Positions 1 to 9,152 of a stretch of 64,000 bases of DNA are shown piece after piece (the first letter of the stretch is position 1; the number at the start of each line of letters is the position of its first letter). The notes beneath the pieces are model-generated. The model was not told the origin of the DNA and did not search any database. It worked only from the letters and a program-made list of their open reading frames with translations. The DNA is from a bacterium (GTDB lineage: Bacteria > Patescibacteriota > Minisyncoccia > UBA6257 > GWB1-50-10): positions 196,894 through 260,893 of the forward strand of contig JAJYXV010000003.1 in the NCBI GenBank assembly GCA_021801565.1, in the 5' to 3' direction. Both the position numbers and the translations under genes were made by a program.

Positions 1-27
1 CACATATGTCTCAAAATTAAAAATCAT
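1..27 (-). CDS. 5' end of a gene running off the left edge (MIFNFETYV...)
   Basis: Minus-strand ATG at 27 preceded by GGAGG Shine-Dalgarno; open to the window edge; only 9 codons visible. Confidence 0.4.
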
Positions 28-162
28 ACTACCTCCTTTAAATAAGTTAAAAAGCTGATTGTATTATAAAATTAAAACACACCGTTAGTCAATCATTTTG
101 CAAAGACTTCATTTCTTATAGAATGAATGGGTCGTCAGACGAGTTAAATATTTTTTATTTTT

Positions 163-759
163 ATGTTAAAAGATTTTATTGCAGATCCTTTGAAATTAAA
201 TAAGGATCTTGAAGGAATTAGTTTAAAGTCGGTTACTGAGCATCAGAAACTCTATGAGGGATATGTGAAGAAAACGAATGAAATTCAGAAGAAGATTCAA
301 GAAGCCGATAAGTCGGAAGCAAATGCGGTCTATAGTTATATTGGTGAATTGAAGAGAGAAGAAACGTTTGCGGTAAATGGAATGAAGCTTCATGAGGCAT
401 ATTTTCCGCTCCTTGGGGGAGACGGGATTCCAAAAGGAAAGATTTTTGAAATGATCCAAAAGGATTTTGGTTCGTATGATATGTGGAAAGAAGATTTTAT
501 TGCGACAGGAATGTCGGCACGTGGATGGGCGATACTTGCATACGATTGGAAGGATCACGGATTGCATAATTACGGAATGGATTCGCAAAATGTCGGGGCG
601 GTGTGGAATGCAACGCCACTGCTTGCGATGGATATGTATGAACATGCGTTTTTCATGGATCATGGAACGAATAAGAAAACGTACGTTGAGAGTTTCTTTA
701 AAACATTGAATTGGGAGTTTGTGAATGAAATATTAGAGAGGGTGATTAGTAGTCAGTAA
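163..759 (+). CDS. Fe/Mn superoxide dismutase family protein
   Basis: NGMKLHEAYF, FGSYDMWKEDF, GWAILAYD and PLLAMDMYEHAFFMD motifs with His/His/Asp/His metal ligands. Confidence 0.9.
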   Translation: MLKDFIADPLKLNKDLEGISLKSVTEHQKLYEGYVKKTNEIQKKIQEADKSEANAVYSYIGELKREETFAVNGMKLHEAYFPLLGGDGIPKGKIFEMIQKDFGSYDMWKEDFIATGMSARGWAILAYDWKDHGLHNYGMDSQNVGAVWNATPLLAMDMYEHAFFMDHGTNKKTYVESFFKTLNWEFVNEILERVISSQ

Positions 760-781
760 TAACTAACCAGAAAACAGAATT

Positions 782-813
782 AAAAACCCGCTTTTAAAAA
801 AGCGGGTTTTTTT
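782..813 (+). terminator. Rho-independent terminator
   Basis: AAAAACCCGCTTTT-AAAAAAGCGGGTTTTTTT hairpin with T tract after SOD. Confidence 0.85.
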
Positions 814-827
814 GTATAGTTATATAC

Positions 828-1793
828 ATGGAACAAATGGTACCAATAACAAAAAAACCAGAGACATCACCGAAAGATTTTTTTCTTCATCTTTTATCAA
901 TTGTTGCGCTTTATGCGAGTGCAATTAGTTTTTCAACACTCGTTTTCCAGTGTATTAATTATTGGTTTCCCGATGTGCTTGCCGGATATTATTCAATGTC
1001 GTCATCATTTGAATCAATGCGATGGGCGATTGCAATGCTTGTGGTATTTTTTCCTACGCATATTGCCACAAGTATGTTTTTAAATAAGGAATATGGCGTG
1101 TCTCCGGAGAAGAAAGAATTGCGTATCAGAAAGTGGCTTTTGTACTTCACACTTTTTGTAACCGCACTTATTATTCTGGGCGATCTTGTTGCGCTCCTTT
1201 TGAATTTTATGCGAGGTGAATTGACTATCCGTTTTCTTTTGAAGGTACTCACTGTTTTCTTTGTGGCAGGATCGATATTCGGATATTATCTTTGGGAATT
1301 AAAAAATAAAGAGTTCACAAAAAAAGTGAAAATATTTATATATGTTATTTCAGCGATTGCAGGAATTGTAGTTATTGTTGGATTTTTTATTGCAGGTTCT
1401 CCGAAAATGGAACGTGCACGACGTTTTGATGAACAGCGAATATCCGATTTACAAATGTTGCAATCGGAGATTGTAAATTATTGGCAGAGGAAACAAGTAC
1501 TTCCTCAGAATCTTGACGCACTCAATGATTCAATAAGGGGATTCAGTGCGCCGGTAGATCCAAATACAAAACATACATACACATATAAAGTGAGTGGATC
1601 GGAAGCATTCGTACTTTGTGCCACATTTGAAACTGACAGTTCGGGCGCGAGTGATGTAAATATTCCTCGTGCAGTATACGGAGGGGTAAGTGGAAATTGG
1701 GAACATGGAATTGGAGAAAAATGTTTTGAAAGAGTTATTGATAAGGAACTTTATCCGCCGATCCAAAATATGCCGGTTCAAATTAAAAAATAA
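828..1793 (+). CDS. DUF5671-like membrane protein with pilin-like C-terminal domain
   Basis: PKDFFLHL start, five hydrophobic segments, RKWLLYFTLF, then GSP..R..RFDEQRISDLQ and DP..Y.Y...F.LCATF motifs. Confidence 0.7.
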   Translation: MEQMVPITKKPETSPKDFFLHLLSIVALYASAISFSTLVFQCINYWFPDVLAGYYSMSSSFESMRWAIAMLVVFFPTHIATSMFLNKEYGVSPEKKELRIRKWLLYFTLFVTALIILGDLVALLLNFMRGELTIRFLLKVLTVFFVAGSIFGYYLWELKNKEFTKKVKIFIYVISAIAGIVVIVGFFIAGSPKMERARRFDEQRISDLQMLQSEIVNYWQRKQVLPQNLDALNDSIRGFSAPVDPNTKHTYTYKVSGSEAFVLCATFETDSSGASDVNIPRAVYGGVSGNWEHGIGEKCFERVIDKELYPPIQNMPVQIKK

Positions 1794-1796
1794 TAT

Positions 1797-2543
1797 ATGA
1801 TTGGACAACGAACAAGAAATCTATATAGCCCAAATGGATTAGATCCGTTTAAACTCAGTCGCTCGAAAATTGAATTATTTACCGAATGTCCGCGGTGTTT
1901 CTATTTTGACCGGAGATTCGGTGTGGGGCGTCCTCCCGGGTTTCCTTTTACGTTGAATTCTGCGGTTGATACACTTCTCAAAAAAGAATTTGATATTCAT
2001 CGTGCGCGTGGATTAAGGCATCCACTTATGGAAGCATATGGAGTTGATGCGGTGCCATTTCAGCACGAGATGATGAATGAGTGGCGTGAAAATTTTAAGG
2101 GAATTCAATATTTTCATCGTCCTACAAATTTTGTGATTACCGGTGCGGTTGATGATATTTGGATAAATTCAAAAAAAGAATTGATTGTGGTTGATTACAA
2201 AGCAACGTCAACGACGAGTGAAATTACGCTTGATGCCGAATATCGAGGGGGATATAAACGGCAAATGGAAATATACCAATGGCTTTTGCGGAAGAATAAT
2301 TTTAAAGTTTCTGATACGGGATATTTTGTTTATGCAAACGGCGACAAAGATAAAGAGGCATTTGATGCAAAGCTCGAATTTAAGGTTCAGATTATTCCTT
2401 ATATTGGAAACGACAAATGGATAGAACCTGTGTTGGGAGAAATACAGAAGTGTTTAAAAGGAGATATCATTCCAGATGCGTCGGAAAAATGTGAATACTG
2501 TTCTTATCGTAATGCTGCGCGTCTCTATGAGAAAAACACTTAA
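1797..2543 (+). CDS. PD-(D/E)XK nuclease family protein (Cas4/AddB-like)
   Basis: LSRSKIELF.ECPRCFY, GAVDD, VVDYK, QMEIY and C-terminal CEYC. Confidence 0.8.
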   Translation: MIGQRTRNLYSPNGLDPFKLSRSKIELFTECPRCFYFDRRFGVGRPPGFPFTLNSAVDTLLKKEFDIHRARGLRHPLMEAYGVDAVPFQHEMMNEWRENFKGIQYFHRPTNFVITGAVDDIWINSKKELIVVDYKATSTTSEITLDAEYRGGYKRQMEIYQWLLRKNNFKVSDTGYFVYANGDKDKEAFDAKLEFKVQIIPYIGNDKWIEPVLGEIQKCLKGDIIPDASEKCEYCSYRNAARLYEKNT

Positions 2544-2574
2544 TACTTAATATAAAATACTATATACTTACCAT

Positions 2575-3597
2575 ATGGCGGATAAAAGACTTCAAATTAC
2601 GACGTTATTTATATTACTTGGGATAGCGCTTATATTGGCATTTTTTATTTTTCGTCCGTACTTGTATCCGATCATTTTGGCGGCGGTGTTTGCGGTTGTG
2701 TTCGGTCCGATGCACAGAGAAATTTCGAAATTTATTGGTGGAAGAGAGGGAATTGGGGCATTGCTTACGCTTATTATTGTATTTCTTATTATTTTTATCC
2801 CGCTTTATTTTTTTGGTGCAAAAGTGTTTCAAGAGAGCAGAAGTATGTACCAATATCTTTCAGAACCCGGAAGAAACGTATTTGAGGGGGAGGGAGTAAT
2901 TACATATATTCAAGGAAAGATAGCGAACTATGCGCCGTCGTTTTCTTCAAATGCAAATCAATATGCGAAACAGGGGATTGATTGGGTATTTAATAATCTT
3001 GGGTCGGTTTTTTCAGGTGTGACTCAGGTGGTAATCGGACTCATCATTATGTTTCTTTCTCTCTTTTTCTTTCTGAAAGATGGAAACAAATTCAGAGAAG
3101 CACTTTTTGCATATAGTCCACTTGAAGACAGATTTGATAAACAAATTTTGAATACACTTGCAAGTACTGCAAGCTCAGTGGTGAGGGGAACATTAGTGAT
3201 CTCAATTATACAGGGAATTTTGGCAGGAATAGGATTTTGGATTTTTGGTATTCCGAATCCAGCATTGTGGGGGCTTGTACTTGTTCTGGTTGCGCTCATT
3301 CCAGCGGTTGGCGCTATGATTGTTATCATCCCAGCAGTTTTATACCTTTTCTTTAATGGAAATTTATTGTTTGCACTTGGGTTGCTTTTATGGGGAATAT
3401 TTTTCGTAAGCATGGCTGATAATATATTGCGCCCGATACTTATCGAAAAAACCGTAAACATACACCCATTTATTATTTTCTTGAGTGTTATCGGAGGAAT
3501 ACAGTTTTTCGGTCCAATGGGTTTTATTCTTGGTCCGATTATTATTAGTTTGCTATTTACTCTTTTTTGCATTTATCCGGAGCTTTTCAAAAAATAA
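2575..3597 (+). CDS. AI-2E family transporter
   Basis: Multi-TM 340 aa; DNILRP, HPFIIFLSVIGG..FG..GFILGP signature. Confidence 0.9.
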   Translation: MADKRLQITTLFILLGIALILAFFIFRPYLYPIILAAVFAVVFGPMHREISKFIGGREGIGALLTLIIVFLIIFIPLYFFGAKVFQESRSMYQYLSEPGRNVFEGEGVITYIQGKIANYAPSFSSNANQYAKQGIDWVFNNLGSVFSGVTQVVIGLIIMFLSLFFFLKDGNKFREALFAYSPLEDRFDKQILNTLASTASSVVRGTLVISIIQGILAGIGFWIFGIPNPALWGLVLVLVALIPAVGAMIVIIPAVLYLFFNGNLLFALGLLLWGIFFVSMADNILRPILIEKTVNIHPFIIFLSVIGGIQFFGPMGFILGPIIISLLFTLFCIYPELFKK

Positions 3598-3603
3598 TTT
3601 ATA

Positions 3604-4767
3604 ATGTTTGAAATTTTACAGAAAGACAAAGATTCCCGCGCCCGTGCGGGGATTATTCATACCTCGTGCGGTGATGTCGAAACCCCATCTTATGCAATCG
3701 TTGGAACACACGCAGAGGTGCGTTCGGTTTCTCCGAATCAGTTATTAGGGGCAAAAACACAACTTGTGATTGCAAATACATATCATTTGTGGCGCACACT
3801 CGGAAAGAAACTAGATTCATTTGAAGGACTTCACAAACGCATGAAACTTCCTCACACGGTGATTATGACTGACAGTGGCGGATTTCAAGTGTTCAGTCTT
3901 GGATTTGGTCGTGAACATGGGGTGGGAAAAGTGTTGGGGGGAGAAAAGAAAAAAGCGAGTGAGAATCTCACGCGTATCACTGAAGAAGGAGTATTTTTTA
4001 CCGATCAAGATGGGGAACATTTTTTGGGACCAAAACTTTCAATGGAAATACAGAAAAAACTTGGAGGGGATATCATGTTTGCGTTTGATGAGTGTACTTC
4101 GCCGGAGCATGATTATGCATACCAAAAGGAAGCGCTTCAGCGAACACATCGATGGGCAGAAATTTGTATTTCAAAACATCGCGAATTAACCGATAAGAAG
4201 AAACAAGCGTTGTATGGCATTGTGCAAGGAGGAATTTTTGAAGATTTACGGAAAGAAAGTGCACAATATATCGGCGCACTTCCATTTGATGGATTTGGAA
4301 TTGGCGGATCATTTGGAGAAAAGAAAATGGGAGAGGTGCTTGATTGGGTAATTCCAAATCTTCCAGAAGAAAAACCAAAACACCTTCTCGGTATTGGGAA
4401 AGTGGAAGACATTTTTTTAGGGGTTGAGAAGGGAATAGATACATTTGATTGCGTGATTCCGACGCGTGAAGCTCGTCACGGTTCCGCATGGACCGCACAG
4501 GGGAGAATTGATTTAAAGAAGGGGAGATACAAAGACGATACGCAGGTGATAGAACACGGATGTGGATGTGAAGCCTGCGCTTCTGGTATTTCAAAAAAAC
4601 AATTGAGAGAGATGTTTAAATCAAAGGATAATGAAGCGGGAACTTTGGTGAGTATTCATAATATATTTTTCTTTAATACACTTATGGAGCAGATACGAAT
4701 ATCCATAAAAGAAAACAAATTTGGTGAATTTAAAAATACATCATTAAAAAAATTGACACAATTTTAA
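3604..4767 (+). CDS. tgt: tRNA-guanine transglycosylase
   Basis: NTYHL, TDSGGFQVFS, FDEC, GIVQGG, HLLGIG, DTFDCV, Zn site CGCEAC...H. Confidence 0.95.
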   Translation: MFEILQKDKDSRARAGIIHTSCGDVETPSYAIVGTHAEVRSVSPNQLLGAKTQLVIANTYHLWRTLGKKLDSFEGLHKRMKLPHTVIMTDSGGFQVFSLGFGREHGVGKVLGGEKKKASENLTRITEEGVFFTDQDGEHFLGPKLSMEIQKKLGGDIMFAFDECTSPEHDYAYQKEALQRTHRWAEICISKHRELTDKKKQALYGIVQGGIFEDLRKESAQYIGALPFDGFGIGGSFGEKKMGEVLDWVIPNLPEEKPKHLLGIGKVEDIFLGVEKGIDTFDCVIPTREARHGSAWTAQGRIDLKKGRYKDDTQVIEHGCGCEACASGISKKQLREMFKSKDNEAGTLVSIHNIFFFNTLMEQIRISIKENKFGEFKNTSLKKLTQF

Positions 4768-4817
4768 TAAGAGTGTTAACGTTAGATTAGTAATTTTCAA
4801 TTATTTAGGAGGTTCTC

Positions 4818-5288
4818 ATGGATGTGATAATTAATCCTGCTCGGATAATTTTTTCTCCAATTAATGCAATTCTTCCGATGATTCAGGGAAAAAAAGAGCT
4901 CATTTTTGCAAGTTTTAATATTGCAATCGAAAAGAAAGTGGGTCGAACTAAGAAAAAGAAAAGTGGATATTTAAATTTTGTTTTTTCTCGAGAAAGAAGA
5001 TATACAAAAATACTCTGGTCATTTTCAGATGCAAGAGTTGATTCATATAGGGATATTCAGAAATGGACAATGAGTGCTAATAACGACGGTCCAATTGAAC
5101 TCATTGATGGAATAGAGTCACCTTTTTTTAAGGTTGCTCACACAATGATGGAATCACTGGAAAAGAAACCACAGTCTGAAAACTATACTATGACAGTTTC
5201 GTGGGTTTTAGAAAATCCAAAAATTCTCGCATACACCGATTTTGTTCGATTAAATCAAACCCCTCCGTATATTTTTCGAATTGATTAA
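4818..5288 (+). CDS. Hypothetical protein
   Basis: 156-aa ORF with AGGAGG SD, upstream TTGACA and own terminator. Confidence 0.6.
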   Translation: MDVIINPARIIFSPINAILPMIQGKKELIFASFNIAIEKKVGRTKKKKSGYLNFVFSRERRYTKILWSFSDARVDSYRDIQKWTMSANNDGPIELIDGIESPFFKVAHTMMESLEKKPQSENYTMTVSWVLENPKILAYTDFVRLNQTPPYIFRID

Positions 5289-5295
5289 TATAAAA

Positions 5296-5325
5296 CTGCA
5301 GGAATATCCCTGCAGCTTTTCTTTT
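5296..5325 (+). terminator. Rho-independent terminator
   Basis: CTGCAGG-N6-CCTGCAG followed by T tract. Confidence 0.7.
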
Positions 5326-5366
5326 GTGGATTAATATCTGTCGTACTTGAGGTATAATAAATACAC

Positions 5367-6866
5367 ATGACGACCCTTATCAAAAATGGGCTTTTATATG
5401 TTGGTACATCGGACGCACCACAAAAACTTGATGTGTTGTTACAGAATGATCGTATTGTACGAATCGGATTACTTCAAAAAATAAAGGCGGATGAAATTAT
5501 CGACGCTGCGGGATTCGTTATATGTCCGGGGTTTATTGACGTACATACACACTCAGATCATTATTTCAGTATTTTTTCCAACCCTCTTCAGGCAGATTTT
5601 CTTAAAGAGGGGATTACCACAGTTATTGGGGGAAATTGCGGCGAATCGCTTGCCCCATTTTCTTTTGCCCGAAAAAATGTGCCGACTGACTGGGGGCACA
5701 CACAAATGTCTTCGGCAAATATACAGTGGCATGATATTCGTGAATTATTTCGCGTATTAAAAAGTAAAAAATTTGGAGTTAATTTTGGAACGCTTATCGG
5801 ATATACCACAATTCGAAATTTTGTGACGGGCGGTGCCTTAAGAGATCTTACTGATTCGGAACGAGAGCTGACAAAAGATATTTTACGGGACGCATTAAAA
5901 GAAGGCGTATTTGGTCTTTCAACTGGTTTTGAACACGCACATGAAGAATATATTCCATACAAAGAGATATTTGATCTTATTAAAATAGTTGGAGAAAAAA
6001 ATGGAGTGTATGCGACCCACATAAGAGACTTTGGGAAGCGTCTCGAGTCGGCAGTATATGACGTATTACGAGCGGCTCGGGAAACCGGGACGAAAACAGA
6101 AATAAGCCATTTCATTCCAATAAAAAACTATGCGGAACAATATAAGAAAACGAAAGTAATTATAGAACAAGAATCAGCGGCAGCAAATATTCATTTTGAC
6201 ATTCCTCTTCTATATGAGCGAATTGTTCCTGTTCATTATTTTCTTCCTCACTGGGTTCACGATGAAAATATTGAAGAAATGTTTATACATATACATACTC
6301 CACATTTGAGAAGGAGGATTATAAATCATTTTTCAGAATTAGACTTAAAAAATGTGACTATAGCAATTGCTCCGAGGTATCTTTCTTCTCTTGTTGGAAA
6401 ATCACTAAGAGATATGTCAAAGAATTTTGGAATGTCTCTTGGAAATACACTCCTCTACCTTATGCAGATTTCTCATATGACAATGATGTGTTCGGTGAAT
6501 GATGTGGATAAAAAGACTCTCGGAGATTTCATTAATTCTCCCGTTTCCATTATTTCATCTGGAGGCTCAAGTTTTCTGAAAACTGAATTTAATTCAAAAA
6601 CATGGGAACCGATTTTTGCATCGATGCATGCTATTGCAAAAAAAGAAAATATTACGATAGAACGATTGCTTCCAAAATTTACTTCGATCCCTGCAACAAA
6701 ATATGGAATTCATGGTCGAGGATATATAAAAGAGGGATATTATGCCGATCTTGCTATTTTTAAAGATTCAATGATATCCGATGTGTTTGTAAATGGAGTA
6801 CATGTGATAAGAGCTGGAGTGCTTGGAGATGTGCGCGGGGGAAGAATGTTATTTAAAACACATTAA
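5367..6866 (+). CDS. N-acyl-D-amino-acid deacylase-like amidohydrolase
   Basis: PGFIDVHTHSD, GITTVIGGNCG, ATHIR, ISH, RGYIKEGYYADLAIF; catalytic Asp region diverged. Confidence 0.8.
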   Translation: MTTLIKNGLLYVGTSDAPQKLDVLLQNDRIVRIGLLQKIKADEIIDAAGFVICPGFIDVHTHSDHYFSIFSNPLQADFLKEGITTVIGGNCGESLAPFSFARKNVPTDWGHTQMSSANIQWHDIRELFRVLKSKKFGVNFGTLIGYTTIRNFVTGGALRDLTDSERELTKDILRDALKEGVFGLSTGFEHAHEEYIPYKEIFDLIKIVGEKNGVYATHIRDFGKRLESAVYDVLRAARETGTKTEISHFIPIKNYAEQYKKTKVIIEQESAAANIHFDIPLLYERIVPVHYFLPHWVHDENIEEMFIHIHTPHLRRRIINHFSELDLKNVTIAIAPRYLSSLVGKSLRDMSKNFGMSLGNTLLYLMQISHMTMMCSVNDVDKKTLGDFINSPVSIISSGGSSFLKTEFNSKTWEPIFASMHAIAKKENITIERLLPKFTSIPATKYGIHGRGYIKEGYYADLAIFKDSMISDVFVNGVHVIRAGVLGDVRGGRMLFKTH

Positions 6867-6870
6867 ATAT

Positions 6871-7980
6871 ATGAGAGATTCAACATATAAGACACACACA
6901 ACCGACTATGTTTTTATTGTTGTTGTTCTTCTACTTACAATATTTGGACTTGTTATGCTTACAAGTGCCTCATCTGATCTTGCAAAAACGAAATTCGGCG
7001 ACAGTTATTATTATTTAAAACATCAGATTATGTATGGGCTTATTCCCGGTATTATCGGTTTTTTTCTCGCGTTTTTTGTTCCTCTTAAGTACTGGGAGAA
7101 GTTTGCTCTTCCCCTCCTCATTATTGGTATTATTTTTCTTATCCTCGTATTTATTCCATCTGTTGGATTAGAGGAAAAAGGAGCTGAGCGGTGGCTCTCA
7201 TTCGGTTTTTTTTCTTTTCAACCCGGTGAATTAATGAAGTTTATATTCATTTTGTTTCTCGCTTCGTGGGTAAGTAGAAAACAGGCTCGAAGTAAGACAA
7301 TCACAAAGGGATTACTTCCATTTCTCCTTTTTCTGGGAGTGGTGTTGGGATTATTAGTGATGCAGCCATCAACTACTATCGCGGTGATTATTTTCCTTAC
7401 CTCAATCATTGCCTATATCACTGCTGGAGCGCACATTCGGTTTATTATTGTGACACTCATCCTTGCCGCCGTGGTATTTGTAGGTTTGATTTTGGTTACT
7501 CCCTATCGCATGGAAAGAGTAAAAACATTTTTTGATAAAAGTTCTGATCCGCTTGGTGCCACATATCATATTAATCAAGCTCAACAAGCAATCGGATCCG
7601 GGCAATTGGATGGTGTTGGATTTGGGAAATCGACAACGAAATTGAAATACTTGCCGGAACCGATTGGTGATTCTATTTTTGCAGTTATTGCAGAAGAATT
7701 TGGATTTATCGGTTCAATGGGGGTGTTGCTCGGTTTTTTGATATTTCTTGAAAGAGGGTTTATGATTGCCCGCCGGTCACCCGACAGTTTCAGTAAAATA
7801 ATTACCATTGGATTCGTTTCTCTTATAGGTATGCAAGCGTTCATAAATATTGGAGCTATTTCGGGGCTTCTTCCGCTTACTGGCGTTCCGTTGCCCTTTA
7901 TTAGTTATGGGGGCACTGCGCTTGCTGTTTTTTTGACGATGAGTGGCATTATTGGTAACATATCAGGGTATAGGCGTTAG
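6871..7980 (+). CDS. ftsW: SEDS peptidoglycan glycosyltransferase FtsW
   Basis: GAERWL, FQPGELMK, YLPEPIGDSIFAVIAEEFG, PLTGVPLPFISYGG; start moved to ATG 6871. Confidence 0.92.
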   Translation: MRDSTYKTHTTDYVFIVVVLLLTIFGLVMLTSASSDLAKTKFGDSYYYLKHQIMYGLIPGIIGFFLAFFVPLKYWEKFALPLLIIGIIFLILVFIPSVGLEEKGAERWLSFGFFSFQPGELMKFIFILFLASWVSRKQARSKTITKGLLPFLLFLGVVLGLLVMQPSTTIAVIIFLTSIIAYITAGAHIRFIIVTLILAAVVFVGLILVTPYRMERVKTFFDKSSDPLGATYHINQAQQAIGSGQLDGVGFGKSTTKLKYLPEPIGDSIFAVIAEEFGFIGSMGVLLGFLIFLERGFMIARRSPDSFSKIITIGFVSLIGMQAFINIGAISGLLPLTGVPLPFISYGGTALAVFLTMSGIIGNISGYRR

Positions 7981-8020
7981 AAGATGTACGCCGAGTTTTT
8001 CTCACCTTTTTTACATTTCT

Positions 8021-9148
8021 ATGATTAGAGTTTTACTTACCGGTGGAGGAAGCGGTGGGCACATATATCCACTTCTCGCGGTCACCGAAGAATTCGAAAA
8101 AATGCCCGATGTAAATGTTCAGCTTTCGTATCTTGGACCACGAGGACCGTTTGATGCAATTTTAAAAGAAAAGGATATCACCGTGTATTCAATTGCATCA
8201 AGCAAGCTGAGACGATATTTTTCGGTTGCTAATTTTATTGATGTTCCGAAATTATTTTTGAGTTTTTTTCAGTCGCTGTATTGGGTGTACAAAATTATGC
8301 CCGATGTGGTGTTTTCAAAAGGCGGTCCCGGTGCATTTCCTGTAGTACTTGCAGCACGATTTTATTTTATTCCGGTTATCATTCAAGACTCGGATGCCGT
8401 TCCGGGACTCACTAATCGTCTTTGTGGTCATTTTGCCACGCGCATTGCGGTGTCTTTTCCGGAGACGGTAAAATATTTTCCAAAATCAAAAACCGCAGTG
8501 GTGGGAAATCCGATACGGAAGGAAATTATGGAAGGGGCATTTAGAAAGGAACAAGCAAGAGAGTACTTTAAATTGAATCCTTTAAGGTCAACCATTCTTG
8601 TTTTAGGTGGATCACAGGGAGCAGCACAGATAAATTCATTTATTTTTAATAATTTAAAGGTACTTATTGAGGATGATATACAGATTATTCATCAGGTTGG
8701 TCCGGGAAACAAAAGGGAGGCGGATGATACGGTGCGCTCATTGCAACGGGAGATAGGAGAACAGCTGAATTCAGGCTATTCTTCATTCGAACTTTTGGAT
8801 GTATTACAGTATAAGAATGCATTTTCCGCGGCGGATATAGTGCTTTCACGTTCGGGGTCGACTATTTTTGAAATTGCATTTTTTGGAAAAGCGTCGATTC
8901 TTGTGCCGTTAGAGAGTGCTGCGAACGATCATCAACGAGCGAATGCATATAGCTATGCAAGATCAGGTGCTGCAGTCGTGCTGGAAAAAGAAAATTTTAC
9001 TCCGCATATTGTACTTTCGAAAATAAAAGAGCTTCTTTCTCACGCAGATATGTTACATGCTATGGAACTTGCCGCAAAAAATTTTTCAAGACCAAATGCT
9101 GCAAAAGAAATTGCCGAAGAAATTATAACGTTTGGATTAAGAAAATAA
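8021..9148 (+). CDS. murG: Lipid II GlcNAc transferase MurG
   Basis: TGGGSGGHIYP, KGG, GNPIR, GGSQGA, SRSG, HQRANA; start at ATG 8021. Confidence 0.95.
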   Translation: MIRVLLTGGGSGGHIYPLLAVTEEFEKMPDVNVQLSYLGPRGPFDAILKEKDITVYSIASSKLRRYFSVANFIDVPKLFLSFFQSLYWVYKIMPDVVFSKGGPGAFPVVLAARFYFIPVIIQDSDAVPGLTNRLCGHFATRIAVSFPETVKYFPKSKTAVVGNPIRKEIMEGAFRKEQAREYFKLNPLRSTILVLGGSQGAAQINSFIFNNLKVLIEDDIQIIHQVGPGNKREADDTVRSLQREIGEQLNSGYSSFELLDVLQYKNAFSAADIVLSRSGSTIFEIAFFGKASILVPLESAANDHQRANAYSYARSGAAVVLEKENFTPHIVLSKIKELLSHADMLHAMELAAKNFSRPNAAKEIAEEIITFGLRK

Positions 9149-9152
9149 ATAT

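Noticed and set aside
1797-2543. Cas4-like nuclease as sign of CRISPR-Cas
   Set aside because: No repeat-spacer array or other cas genes in the window; solo PD-(D/E)XK proteins are common
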